Source: Bdellovibrionales bacterium (GTDB taxonomy: Bacteria > Bdellovibrionota > Bdellovibrionia > Bdellovibrionales > UBA1609). Taken from it: a DNA stretch of 64,000 nucleotides. Of the stretch, positions 40,001 to 47,990 are shown in pieces. Both the position numbers and the translations under genes were made by a program. The DNA is taken from assembly GCA_965261545.1 (NCBI GenBank), contig CBDHDF010000002.1:288001-352000 (forward strand). The letters run 5' to 3'. How positions within the stretch are numbered: position 1 is the stretch's first letter; every line of letters begins with the position of its first letter. Under the pieces are notes generated by a model. That model was given only the letters and a program-made list of their open reading frames with translations. It did not search any database and was not told the origin of the DNA.

Positions 40001-42184
40001 TGGGTGTTCATTATCTCCAATACTATAGGGACGACTTGGTAGGTAGCCAAGTCCTAGTTGTCCATCGCGCCCTCTTCCCCAGCACTTTGTATTCCCTGTG
40101 GTGAGTCTTGCACAAGAAAAGTTACTTCCAGAGGATATTTCTACAGCTTGTCCACCTAAACGGATGGAAGGTATAAAAGAAGGGGCTTCATCGTCACCAA
40201 TATTGTTTTTGTGTGCTAAGCCCAATTGTCCATGGTCATTGTGACCCCAACATTTGACTTGTCCTTCACTTAGAAGAGCGCAAGAATGATCGTCTCCTAG
40301 TGAAATACTTATAGCCTTTGCTCCCAGATCAACAAAATTTACTTCATCTAATTTTTCAGCATCTCCAATATTTTGAGTATGAGCATATCCTAGTTGGCCA
40401 TAGCTATTGTTGCCCCAGCATTTTATCTGTCCTGTTTCAAACAAAGCACAAGCATGACCATAGCCTGCGCTAATATCTTTTACAGGAGCTTGGGTTCCAA
40501 AGTTAATCGTACCTAAAGATGAGGGTGCGAGGTGAGATGTATAATTATTATGGCCTAAGCCTAGGGATCCTATGCTATTTTGTCCCCAACACTTTACCTT
40601 TTGATTTTTCAAGAGAGCACAGGTGAAAAAATCTGCAAGTGCTAGTTTTAATACTTCTTCTCCCACATCGACGTTTCCTAGAGACAGAGGTGTTTCATTA
40701 TCTCCTACGGGTTGGCTATGGCCAAAACCTAAGGAGCCACCTCTATTTTTCCCCCAGCACCTTATGTTTCCATCATTGAATATAGCACATGAGTTATCAT
40801 AACCTAGTGAAATTTGAGTGATGAACTCAGAGAAAGATGTAACTCTTAGCGTAACAATGGAAGGAGAGGAGTCCAGAGATTTATCATTGACTTTATAGGA
40901 AAATTTGATTTCTCCAGTAAAATTCTGTGGAGGAGCGTATAGGCAATTTAAACCCTTTATCCCTCCTAAACCCAAACAGCCGGAGAGTGTTCCTTTGGAG
41001 GGAAGACTCACTATACTATAAGTTAGGAGATCATTTTCTAAATCATTTCCTTGGCGAAGACTAATTTTAGAAGATAAACTATCTTTGTTGACAGATATAA
41101 CTTGGTTAGAAACAAGTTGAGGAGCAGTATTAAATATCACATTAACACTCACCTCTGATACAACTCCCTTTGGTGGAAATCCACTATCATAGCTGAAGAT
41201 GTAAAAGTTATCTAAGCCTTTAAATCCTAGTGGACTGATATAGTTAAATTGATTTGAAATCAGATAAGCGGTTCCTCTGCTTAAGGTAGTATTGTGACTA
41301 TTATAATTATTAATATTGAGAATTTCTGAAGAATGAGATTGGCCTATATCAGCGTCAGAGATAGAGAGGAAGCCAGATACATTTTTTGAATTGATTCCTG
41401 TGTTTAAAGAAAGGTTTGTGACTGATGGAATTGAATTGCTGTCTGTTATTATTCCAGGTTTGACAATTTTAACTTTCACTGAACTTCCTACTCCACCAAT
41501 GACCTTTATGGCGAAATTATTATCTGCCAATAAAGAAATGGGTAATAAGAAGGTTTTGGAGCTTCCTATAAATCCAGAAGGAAGAGACACAAGTGATGAA
41601 TTCAGATTGAGTGATACATTTTCTGCAGCATTATTTGTAATTTTTAAGATATATCTACCTGGTGCGACTGTAAAAGACTTTGATATTGATGTGCACCCGA
41701 TTCTAAGTAAAGCACAGAGGATAGGAGTATAGTAGTTCTGAGAGGTTAATACGGTTTTACCATCAACATGCACTGCTGAAATCACTAAGAATTTAGGTTT
41801 ACTGAAGAGAGTTCTATCACTAACACTTAAGCTCACAACATAAAGGCCAGGGACATCGGCTTGAAAAGATGGCTGTGCAGGACTAGGGGTTGTAAAATAA
41901 GCACTAGAATCTTCAGGTTTTTTAGCAAAAGACCAATGATAGGAGAGGGGACGAGACTCTGGATTACTAGATCCTACAGCACTTAATGATATTTCTGTAC
42001 CTATAGGTACTGCCTGTGGAGATGTGGTAGATAGGTGGGCAATTGGATGTTGATTGTTACTAGGTGATTCTGCTTGATTTTGAGCAATGGACATTAAGGG
42101 GGATAAAAATATGAAAACAACTATAGCTAAAGAAGATAAATACAGATACATCCTGTGGTATAAAAAATTGCTTTTCATTTTCAT
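34085..42184 (-). CDS. Giant secreted RCC1-repeat / PKD / Ig-like (Big_9) protein
   Basis: Signal peptide; four blocks of RCC1 repeats (HxCAL..G.VKCWG.N..GQLGLGH) alternating with PKD (YSWNFGD) and FSYKANDG-type domains. Confidence 0.92.
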   Translation of the reverse strand: MKMKSNFLYHRMYLYLSSLAIVVFIFLSPLMSIAQNQAESPSNNQHPIAHLSTTSPQAVPIGTEISLSAVGSSNPESRPLSYHWSFAKKPEDSSAYFTTPSPAQPSFQADVPGLYVVSLSVSDRTLFSKPKFLVISAVHVDGKTVLTSQNYYTPILCALLRIGCTSISKSFTVAPGRYILKITNNAAENVSLNLNSSLVSLPSGFIGSSKTFLLPISLLADNNFAIKVIGGVGSSVKVKIVKPGIITDSNSIPSVTNLSLNTGINSKNVSGFLSISDADIGQSHSSEILNINNYNSHNTTLSRGTAYLISNQFNYISPLGFKGLDNFYIFSYDSGFPPKGVVSEVSVNVIFNTAPQLVSNQVISVNKDSLSSKISLRQGNDLENDLLTYSIVSLPSKGTLSGCLGLGGIKGLNCLYAPPQNFTGEIKFSYKVNDKSLDSSPSIVTLRVTSFSEFITQISLGYDNSCAIFNDGNIRCWGKNRGGSLGFGHSQPVGDNETPLSLGNVDVGEEVLKLALADFFTCALLKNQKVKCWGQNSIGSLGLGHNNYTSHLAPSSLGTINFGTQAPVKDISAGYGHACALFETGQIKCWGNNSYGQLGYAHTQNIGDAEKLDEVNFVDLGAKAISISLGDDHSCALLSEGQVKCWGHNDHGQLGLAHKNNIGDDEAPSFIPSIRLGGQAVEISSGSNFSCARLTTGNTKCWGRGRDGQLGLGYLPSRPYSIGDNEHPSTVGTISLGTQASQLTSGGSFACTLLNGGHIKCWGYNFSGQLGLGHRNNIGDNELPSSQGTLVFSGPEKVIQIATGRSHACALLKNGKVICWGDNHRGKLGMAHTNNIGDDENILNTPHVPVGGDSSYIYPRFSFTPTNTRALSIVQFNASNSFLKSSIRFYSWNFGNGKVAKGSTPLSMTTFATPGLYTVNLTVTDQNSRSSSLEKKIRVYPINDPPIMPLNQRFTVEQGKSSIIKLLPAKKLSQGPLTYRLIGNPSQGVLTECMNNNNDLICKYTAPTNFKGQSSFSYIANDGTSDALFSTKVDLNIVPNGQSTILQISTFNNHNCVLFDNKKIKCWGRNDYGQLGLGHTNSIGDDERPWSQPFVDVGANILQISLGNSHTCVLLENKNVKCWGGQSQYGVLGPNHRGSSSIPSSIASLNFGFPIKKIASGSNFSCVLGEGGQVKCWGDNTHGKLGYGHTNYIGDSLLENFARIPSVNLGGKAQKLAIGYNHSCALLMGGNIKCWGSNNYGQLGLGHRNNIGDNELPSSIGLVPLGQRALDISVGYNHSCALLEDKNIKCWGYNGFGQLGLGHRDSIGDNELVSTVSSLDFSDDVKKVFTGGTHTCALLVNNKIKCWGSSSYGKLGHVYVSNPTLASESQFVDFGEPVYQMALGYSHTCVTLRNGEIRCFGNNSYGVLGLGHTRSIGDDEFISAKNSSIFSDVRNTVIAQFDYLESKAKPRSIAFDSSFSFSSSTIKSHQWNFGDNSTSNLANPSHQFTKFGSFNVTLTVTDNFNQTATTSRRIDIISNNSRPYFEGAQKKFTLAKGKTHQIHLNSALDLDSSSLTYTLVQAPLQGTLSNCLTGTPDLTCSYQAPSSFTGEISFSYKANDGNSDSVANIIKLRVVDTPSSIIQIVAGTNHTCALYENKKIKCWGYNHYGQLGLGHTQNIGDNETPASVNFVNIGANVKQITLGNSHTCALLENEKVKCWGYNNYGQLGLGHRYEIGDNELPSTVNPLDLGESIRQIATGNNFSCALTNSGKIKCWGDNDYGQLGLAHTNDIGNDSSETSNTFVAINLGARAIKISASYNHACALLKDGRVRCWGRNEYGQLGYGHTHNIGDNEHPFKANNVPIGSKVLDVLAGPQHTCALLANRSVKCWGARSDIGPGHPQNIGDNELPSSIASIALGSAVKTIQVSKASGYTTTCALMVSGGLKCWGYRAHQWLGISVPESQANHYSGILDIPLSGHIASFSLGARHIHTLFKDGHVSSWGNNNYGQLGLAHTENIGDNELSTYADSPILGGEGSPVIARFAHNAHVSDSNEIQFDASNSYANTSITSYSWNFGDSSTHGSGQKVTHRFARSGNYTITLTVRDSLGQTDIFSQTIRVKMNTSPFFTQASEVFVAYQGETTTLNLMAAQDSPDDNLTYTLVQAPSNGTLSGCLGGTADLTCTYLPSSSSTAGTQFTYKANDGASDSEYAFTVFLHVKSPHSPIVQITTGYSHACALFQNKKVTCWGQNNYGQLGLGHTQSIGDDETPLMRDFVLLGDTEFIDLGEGVLQISSGNHHTCAVLESDGLRCWGYNYSGQLGIRSGQNIGDNERPATINTLDFGQKILQVSAFGNSTCTLLASGGVRCWGYNSSGELGLGHRNSIDNISNLSDLPLGQKTKMIAEGSSHVCAVLMDDTLKCWGENSSGQLGLGHSLNMGDNEVLSTLSIVPLPKKVLSVSSGYSSTCALLEDRGVICWGAANYHGGNYNYNITSPLNQPLLALGENVKQISSGWYTNCALLNSGAVKCWGYNSNGALGLGDASISSRRYASSATATPFNGKAIHVSSKGYNFSCTLLDNGKLQCWGKNDHGQLGLGHTRTIGDDEAPTERTVIEGGGLNLIARLKTDHILYSTGQSVSFDGSDSYSSSSGGVSTYSWNFGDSSAPQTGSTATHTFNTAGTYDVTLTVTDSSSQTHSVSKKLHLVAATTTTSSDESDDNTDESD

Positions 42185-42828
42185 GATAATAGATATTTTC
42201 CTTTTACGTTCAAAAGAATTTTTTTAATAAAACTAATTAATTTATAAAATAAAATTCAATTTCTGACTATATTATTTCTAATTATTTTAATTTTTTGGTT
42301 CTTTAAATTTAATCTATTTAAGTTAATACTTACAAATTATTTTTCTTATATTCTAAAAATAATACGAAATAAAAAAATACAATCAACTTCAATTAAGGAA
42401 CGGAACACATCGCCTCTTCAACGTCGCATACTCTATGAAGTGCAATGAGTGTTTTATCAATCTTACTTATTTCGAACCTATACTCAACTCGCATCACCTT
42501 TATAAAAAGAGTGTCGTTTAGAATTTGCTGGGAATGATGATGAAATAGATGAATGTATTGAAATTGTGCTTCGCAAAGTAAGTCTTGATACTCACTCAGA
42601 ACTCAGACACAGATAATTAGTGCTCTCTCATGAAGTTCATATTTTTGGACTTGTGCCCTTGGATTAGGATTCATTTTTGCCTCCTTGTGATCATTTATCG
42701 TGAAATCAGGATATCCAAGGAGTCAGAAAATTAAGATGGAACTGTCGAAGTGCATGCAAAGTATGTTGTTGTTGGAACACTTGCACTTATTTTGGCCTGT
42801 GATCTTATTTATCTTAATCTTAGAAGGA

Positions 42829-42912
42829 ACCCTCACTGACTTTTACTTTAGTGAGGGTGGATCTTAGATTATTCAGGTGGGGGCTGCGAGGAGGAAATGT
42901 GCCGCCTCCTCG
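42829..42912 (-). terminator. Hairpins downstream of pilin, putative terminator/stability elements
   Basis: CGAGGAGG..CCTCCTCG (42887-42912) and ACCCTCACT..AGTGAGGGT (42829-42858) right after the pilin stop. Confidence 0.45.
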
Positions 42913-42913
42913 A

Positions 42914-43558
42914 CTAGAAATCTGTTATATAATTAACTAATTCTTTCTGCTGGTTAATCTTCCATTCATCTAAAGTGGAATCTCCATCTAAATTCGAGGA
43001 GGCAGTGCTTCTAAAGGCTGCCGCATCAGATTCAGCAATGTCACCAGTACCAGTACCTTTTGGTGTTACTGCCGATCCTGTAGTGGTGCAACTATTCTGA
43101 TTCACACTACTTGCGCAATATGCCTTTGAATCTACCTGCTCACCCCTCGCATCAGTTACGCCAGTATTATCAGCCACAGATTTGGTATTCCATGGGTGAC
43201 CGATAGGTAATTTAGTATCATTTTTAGATGCTCCTGTTTTAATGAAATATTTCATATTACCTTCAGGGCTGAATCCAATGACTCCAAATGATGCATGGTA
43301 TGTATTCCATTCACCATGGAAGGATTTTTGGGCTCCATAGGTGGCACCTAGGTTATTCTTAGCTTCTGTTTGTTTGGCTCGTGCCATGAACTTCTGGAAG
43401 TTAGGAATGGCAACGGCCACCAAGACTCCAATGATGGCAACGACAATCATCAACTCAATGAGTGAAAAGCCTTTTTTGTTCTTGAGACTTCTTAAGATTT
43501 TTCTCAAACGGATTTGAAAGCTTTGATTCTTTCTTTTTATACTTTCTTGTACTTCCAT
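42914..43558 (-). CDS. pilA: Type IVa major pilin
   Basis: Class III signal KKG|FSLIELMIVVAIIGVLVAVAIPNF, then ARAKQTEAKNNL; C-terminal Cys pair and NLDGDSTLDEW. Confidence 0.9.
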   Translation of the reverse strand: MEVQESIKRKNQSFQIRLRKILRSLKNKKGFSLIELMIVVAIIGVLVAVAIPNFQKFMARAKQTEAKNNLGATYGAQKSFHGEWNTYHASFGVIGFSPEGNMKYFIKTGASKNDTKLPIGHPWNTKSVADNTGVTDARGEQVDSKAYCASSVNQNSCTTTGSAVTPKGTGTGDIAESDAAAFRSTASSNLDGDSTLDEWKINQQKELVNYITDF

Positions 43559-43888
43559 TAAGCACCCCCTTTATAATCGTTTTATGGTTACTTTTAATTT
43601 ATTGTTGCTTTGACACTACCTAATTTCATACCCCATCTATTAAAATAGTCTACCAGACATTATTACCTTCGACAAGACTTCTTGGAAACTTTAATAGTTT
43701 CTTGAATTTTGATGACTTTAATAAATCATAATACTAAATATATAAATTAATACAATATACTAGTAAGTAGTCGCTCGCCCATCCTCCACATGGTTCTAAA
43801 TAGCTCTAAGTTAGAGTATATGACTTCCTGTTATAATTTTATGTTGAATTATCCATGGGTTATTGTCAATATCAATAGGGGAGTCATT

Positions 43889-46885
43889 TTGAGAAACTTT
43901 CATAACAATCTCTACTTAAGTATTATATTTACCACCGGATTTTGTTCCCTTGGATATCAAGTTATTTGGCAAAGGTACTTGAGCGTTCTGGTGGGCAGCC
44001 ATGCAAGGTCGGCGACCATTATTATATCCGTTTTCTTATTGGGCCTTGCTTTGGGTTATTATGTCTTTGGTCGAGTTTCTGAGAAGATAAAAGATCGCTA
44101 TTTGCTTCTCAAGATTTATGGTTTTACAGAGCTTGCAACGGGAGTTTATGCAGCTTTGTTCCCTTCTCTTTTTAAATTCCTGTTAGACTCCCCCCTGTCT
44201 CATACCAATAATTTTTGGATGCATTTAGGGTTTTCGGGGCTTTTATTGATTCCTGTGACTTTTCTGATGGGAGCGACGGTTCCCGTGATGACGACGGTGC
44301 TTCCTGAGAGTCGGCAGAATGTGAATCTCATTCACTCTCGTATATATGGTCTCAATACACTGGGGGCCTTTGTGGGAACTCTCATTTCGGGACTCTATAT
44401 CATACCCAAATTGGGTTATGATCTCTCTTTGTTTTTATTGGGGGCTCTCAATGTTTTGGTCTCATTGTTTTACATTAAAAATGGCCTCTCTGGCCCAAGC
44501 TATGAAAAAGAAAAACCCCAGGTACTGGAGCACAAATTCAATCAAAAACTCCTTTATGGCCTGGGTTTTGTGGCAGGGTTTACCTGTATTGCCCTAGAGG
44601 TTTTGTGGTTAAGGATTCTTGGTTTGACCATTGGCAACTCCTTTATTGTGTTTCCCTTTGTTCTGTCTATTTTTATTTTGATGATTGGCCTTGGTTCGCT
44701 CACCCTCCGTCAAATCAGCCTTAAGAGCTTTCAAAATGGACTTGGCTTAGCTCTTATCTTTTCAGCTTCTACTTTCTTGACAGTGCCCTATCTTCCCTTG
44801 TTTATCAGCCATATCCGTATCAGTTTGGTCAACCACTGGCTTGCCTTTTACCTTTACCATAGTCTTGTGTACCTCAGTTTATTAGTAGTTTTATCTCCAG
44901 CTATATTTTACCTGGGGCGCCTGCTTCCTCTGGTTTATGCTATGATTCAAAAGGATTCTATGGATTATGGTCTCAAGGTGGGCTATCTCTATTTTTTAAA
45001 TACCCTAGGAACTTTCTTGGGGGCTGTAGGTTTGGGCTACCTTGCCTTTCATTTCTTTGATTTAAAAGCCGTATACTTGCTGAGCCTTAGCTTTCTCTTG
45101 ATTTTGGGTCTTTACTTTCTTTGGTCTCGATGGATGCTTCAGGGATTGATTTTGGTTTTGGCACTCTTTGTGTCTTTGGTTCCCTTTTCGAGGAAGTATC
45201 ACGAGGTGGGTTTGTTCAGGCATAGGTCTGTGATGGGTGAGCATTTTAAGAATATCATTTCGCAAACCAATACCCCTCGTGCAGATAAGAAAGTGGGGTA
45301 TCTGGAGGATGGCCCCAATGCCACAGTGGCTGTCTCACATCAGACTTCTAAAGATAGCCCCGGGGCGGATCAAAATAACAAAAATAGAAAAAAAGGAGAG
45401 ATTTCCCCCCTCAAGCCTATGGTAGTTAATGGCAAGCCCATCGTTGTTAGTAGTAAGTCTATGGCTATACCCAAGTCTATCATCGTGAATGGCAAGTCAG
45501 ATGGGAGCAGCGTGGGCGATTATGGCACAACGACGCTTCTTTCCCTTATCCCCTATATGATGACCAAGGGGACTCAGATTAAATCCATGGTCATAGGTAT
45601 TGGCACGGGCATCAGTGCGGGGGTTTTGACATCGGCACAACGGGTTTCTCAAGTGGATGTGGTGGAAATTTCGGGGGCGGTGATTGATTCGGCTCCTTTT
45701 ATGGCTCCAGAAAACTTTCACTTTTTTGAAAGTCCCAAAGCGAGAATCCACAAGGGTGATGCCTTTCAGTTTCTTAAAACTGTGAATGATTCCTACGATA
45801 TTATAGTTTCTGAGCCTCCAAATCCCTGGGTGGTGGGGGTGGAAAATCTGTACACCCACTATTTCTATGACCTTGCAAGGAAGCAACTCACCAAGGATGG
45901 GGTATTTGTGCAGTGGATACATACTTATGCCATGTCTCCCAAAATCCTTACAACCATTCTCAGTCATTTAAAAAGCCATTTTAAAAATGTGACGATATTT
46001 TGGACGGGACTTGGAGATGATATTGCTTTTTTCTCAAGCAATCGGGAGGAGCCCTTTCTCCTGGGAGCAGAGAATGTGGCATGGCCTGCTTCAGGAGGAG
46101 AGGCTTCATTAGGCTCGCCCCCGAGGGGCTCTGAGGCTTCAGGGGAATCGGTGCCCATTGAGCCCGGGGTGAGGGCGATTTTGAACAACCTCCATATAGA
46201 AAGGGTTTCAGATTTGAATTTTTACAAGATTTATAATTCCCGTGAGGTGGATGTGATTATCAAGACCAACTCCTCTTTCGTCCATGAGATTTTCCACCCC
46301 ACCCTCAATAAAGAAGCTTATGGAGCCTTTTACAGTGGCGAGTCTGTGAATACAGCAAGTTTACTGAGCCCTTTGTACAGGAGGGTACTCAACTTGAAGA
46401 GTCATAGGAACGACAAAGACTATAAGAGCAAGAGCCAAAAGAACAGAAAGAAAAGACTGGAGGAGATTCTAAAAAAGGCGTCTTGTGATGAGAAAACAAA
46501 GTATCTTCATTTTCCATGTGCCTTCTTGGTCAAAAAATATAAGTCGGCTCTTAAGAATATAAATAGCTCTGTGGTCCGAAAGCGTGTGCAGTCTTATTCC
46601 ATTTTGAGAGATGAGGGACTGATTCCCAAGGATATCAGCTTTATTCAAAAGGCCATGGAAAATTTGCCCCCCATTGAGAAGAAGAAAGCGGTTTTGCCCG
46701 TGGCCAATATGGTTGTCATGGAGCTTGTCAAAGAGGGGGAGTTTGACCTTGCCAAGACTTGGATCCACAAGCTTGAATCTGAGGGTTTTCTCACGCCCGA
46801 TGAGTCCCAAGGAATCATCAAAGGACTGGAGCAGAATATCCAAAAGATTCGAGAGGTTCGGGAGATGATGGCTGCTTCGAGGTGA
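43889..46885 (+). CDS. Membrane-fused spermidine synthase-like (SAM-dependent) protein
   Basis: About 12-13 N-terminal TMs (QVIWQRYL..LVG, IYGLNTLGA), then VIGIGTG, VDVVEIS, GDAFQFL, YDIIVSEPPNPW. TTG at 43889 follows an AGGGGAG RBS (the ORF track starts at 43790). Confidence 0.85.
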   Translation: MRNFHNNLYLSIIFTTGFCSLGYQVIWQRYLSVLVGSHARSATIIISVFLLGLALGYYVFGRVSEKIKDRYLLLKIYGFTELATGVYAALFPSLFKFLLDSPLSHTNNFWMHLGFSGLLLIPVTFLMGATVPVMTTVLPESRQNVNLIHSRIYGLNTLGAFVGTLISGLYIIPKLGYDLSLFLLGALNVLVSLFYIKNGLSGPSYEKEKPQVLEHKFNQKLLYGLGFVAGFTCIALEVLWLRILGLTIGNSFIVFPFVLSIFILMIGLGSLTLRQISLKSFQNGLGLALIFSASTFLTVPYLPLFISHIRISLVNHWLAFYLYHSLVYLSLLVVLSPAIFYLGRLLPLVYAMIQKDSMDYGLKVGYLYFLNTLGTFLGAVGLGYLAFHFFDLKAVYLLSLSFLLILGLYFLWSRWMLQGLILVLALFVSLVPFSRKYHEVGLFRHRSVMGEHFKNIISQTNTPRADKKVGYLEDGPNATVAVSHQTSKDSPGADQNNKNRKKGEISPLKPMVVNGKPIVVSSKSMAIPKSIIVNGKSDGSSVGDYGTTTLLSLIPYMMTKGTQIKSMVIGIGTGISAGVLTSAQRVSQVDVVEISGAVIDSAPFMAPENFHFFESPKARIHKGDAFQFLKTVNDSYDIIVSEPPNPWVVGVENLYTHYFYDLARKQLTKDGVFVQWIHTYAMSPKILTTILSHLKSHFKNVTIFWTGLGDDIAFFSSNREEPFLLGAENVAWPASGGEASLGSPPRGSEASGESVPIEPGVRAILNNLHIERVSDLNFYKIYNSREVDVIIKTNSSFVHEIFHPTLNKEAYGAFYSGESVNTASLLSPLYRRVLNLKSHRNDKDYKSKSQKNRKKRLEEILKKASCDEKTKYLHFPCAFLVKKYKSALKNINSSVVRKRVQSYSILRDEGLIPKDISFIQKAMENLPPIEKKKAVLPVANMVVMELVKEGEFDLAKTWIHKLESEGFLTPDESQGIIKGLEQNIQKIREVREMMAASR

Positions 46886-47140
46886 TATTTCTATTAGGGA
46901 CTTTGGTTGATATCCTCTTGGGTTGAAGTGAAGCTTAGCGAGCCAAGACTTACCTGAATTTCAATTGACTTCATGTGTAAATTCCTTTGATTTATCTTCA
47001 ATTCTTTGGACTTCATTGGCAAGCATGGCTTTATTAGGCAAGATGATTGTAGGGAGCCTCAGTATCCTAGGGGAGATGATAAATTACAAGCTGTCATCTT
47101 CAATGAAAAAAGATATGAGCAATTATGCTGGGAGACTCGC

Positions 47141-47914
47141 ATGGATACATCAATTTATTCTGATATGGTTGAATTAGAATATAAGCATTGGTGGTTTATT
47201 GGAAGAAGAGAGATTTTAAGTTCAGAAATATCTCGCCTCGGTATTGACAATAATGCGAATATTCTTGATGTTGGATGTGGCCCCGGTGCAAACCTTATAA
47301 TGCTAGCTAATTTTGGTAAAGTTACAGGCATAGATAGTCATCTTGAGACTCTGAATCATGCAAAAAAGAAGGGTTTCCCAACCATTCATTGCGCATTACC
47401 AGAAATTCCCCCTCTAAAAGAATATTTTGACTTAATTTGTGCCTTTGACATGGTAGAGCATATTAAACATGATCAATTGGCTATTTCGAATCTTGTGAGC
47501 TTATTGAAGCCTAGAGGGAAAATCCTTATAACTGTGCCTATAAACCCATGGATGTGGAGTGAACATGATGTTTATCATCACCATTTTCGTCGCTACACAC
47601 CATCTTCGATTCGATCATTGGTAATGAAATCCGGTTTAATCATTCAACGACAAACTTGTTTTAACAGTTTCCTTTTTCCCATTATTGCAATGAAGCGTTT
47701 GTTAAATGTGCTCACTAAGGCAAGAGGCGCAATGGACCATAAAATACCTCATCCCTTCTTAAATAATATATTTAAGCATATATTTAGGTTAGAAAAATAT
47801 CTACTTCCTTATACGACACTTCCATTTGGCGTAAGCTGTATGATTATAGCAGAGCGTCCACCCGGCAATAATTCTATGGGCGAGATCGGAAATGAAAAAA
47901 ATGGATCAGAATAA
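47141..47914 (+). CDS. Class I SAM-dependent methyltransferase
   Basis: HWWFIGRR, ILDVGCGPG, FDMVEHI, LITVP...WSEHD..HHFRRY motifs; ATG after GGGAG. Confidence 0.88.
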   Translation: MDTSIYSDMVELEYKHWWFIGRREILSSEISRLGIDNNANILDVGCGPGANLIMLANFGKVTGIDSHLETLNHAKKKGFPTIHCALPEIPPLKEYFDLICAFDMVEHIKHDQLAISNLVSLLKPRGKILITVPINPWMWSEHDVYHHHFRRYTPSSIRSLVMKSGLIIQRQTCFNSFLFPIIAMKRLLNVLTKARGAMDHKIPHPFLNNIFKHIFRLEKYLLPYTTLPFGVSCMIIAERPPGNNSMGEIGNEKNGSE

Positions 47915-47990
47915 TCTCAGGGTTTTATGCCTTAAGTCATCAAACCAACCTATGATTTTCGATCATTTTTAAGTCAATTCACCACCTGGG

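Noticed and set aside
26888..41732. Many 60-160 aa ORFs overlapping the Rhs and RCC1 genes
   Set aside because: Alternative-frame or antisense shadows of long genuine CDSs.
42480..42720. RBS plus short minus-strand frame (MNPNPRAQVQKYELHERAL…), possibly an IS remnant
   Set aside because: It stops after 23 codons, and no TIR/TSD or recognisable motif could be established by eye.
43610..43640. Possible sigma-54 promoter for pilA (GGGGTATGAAATTAGG on the minus strand)
   Set aside because: It has GG at -24 but lacks the conserved GC at -12; too weak to call.
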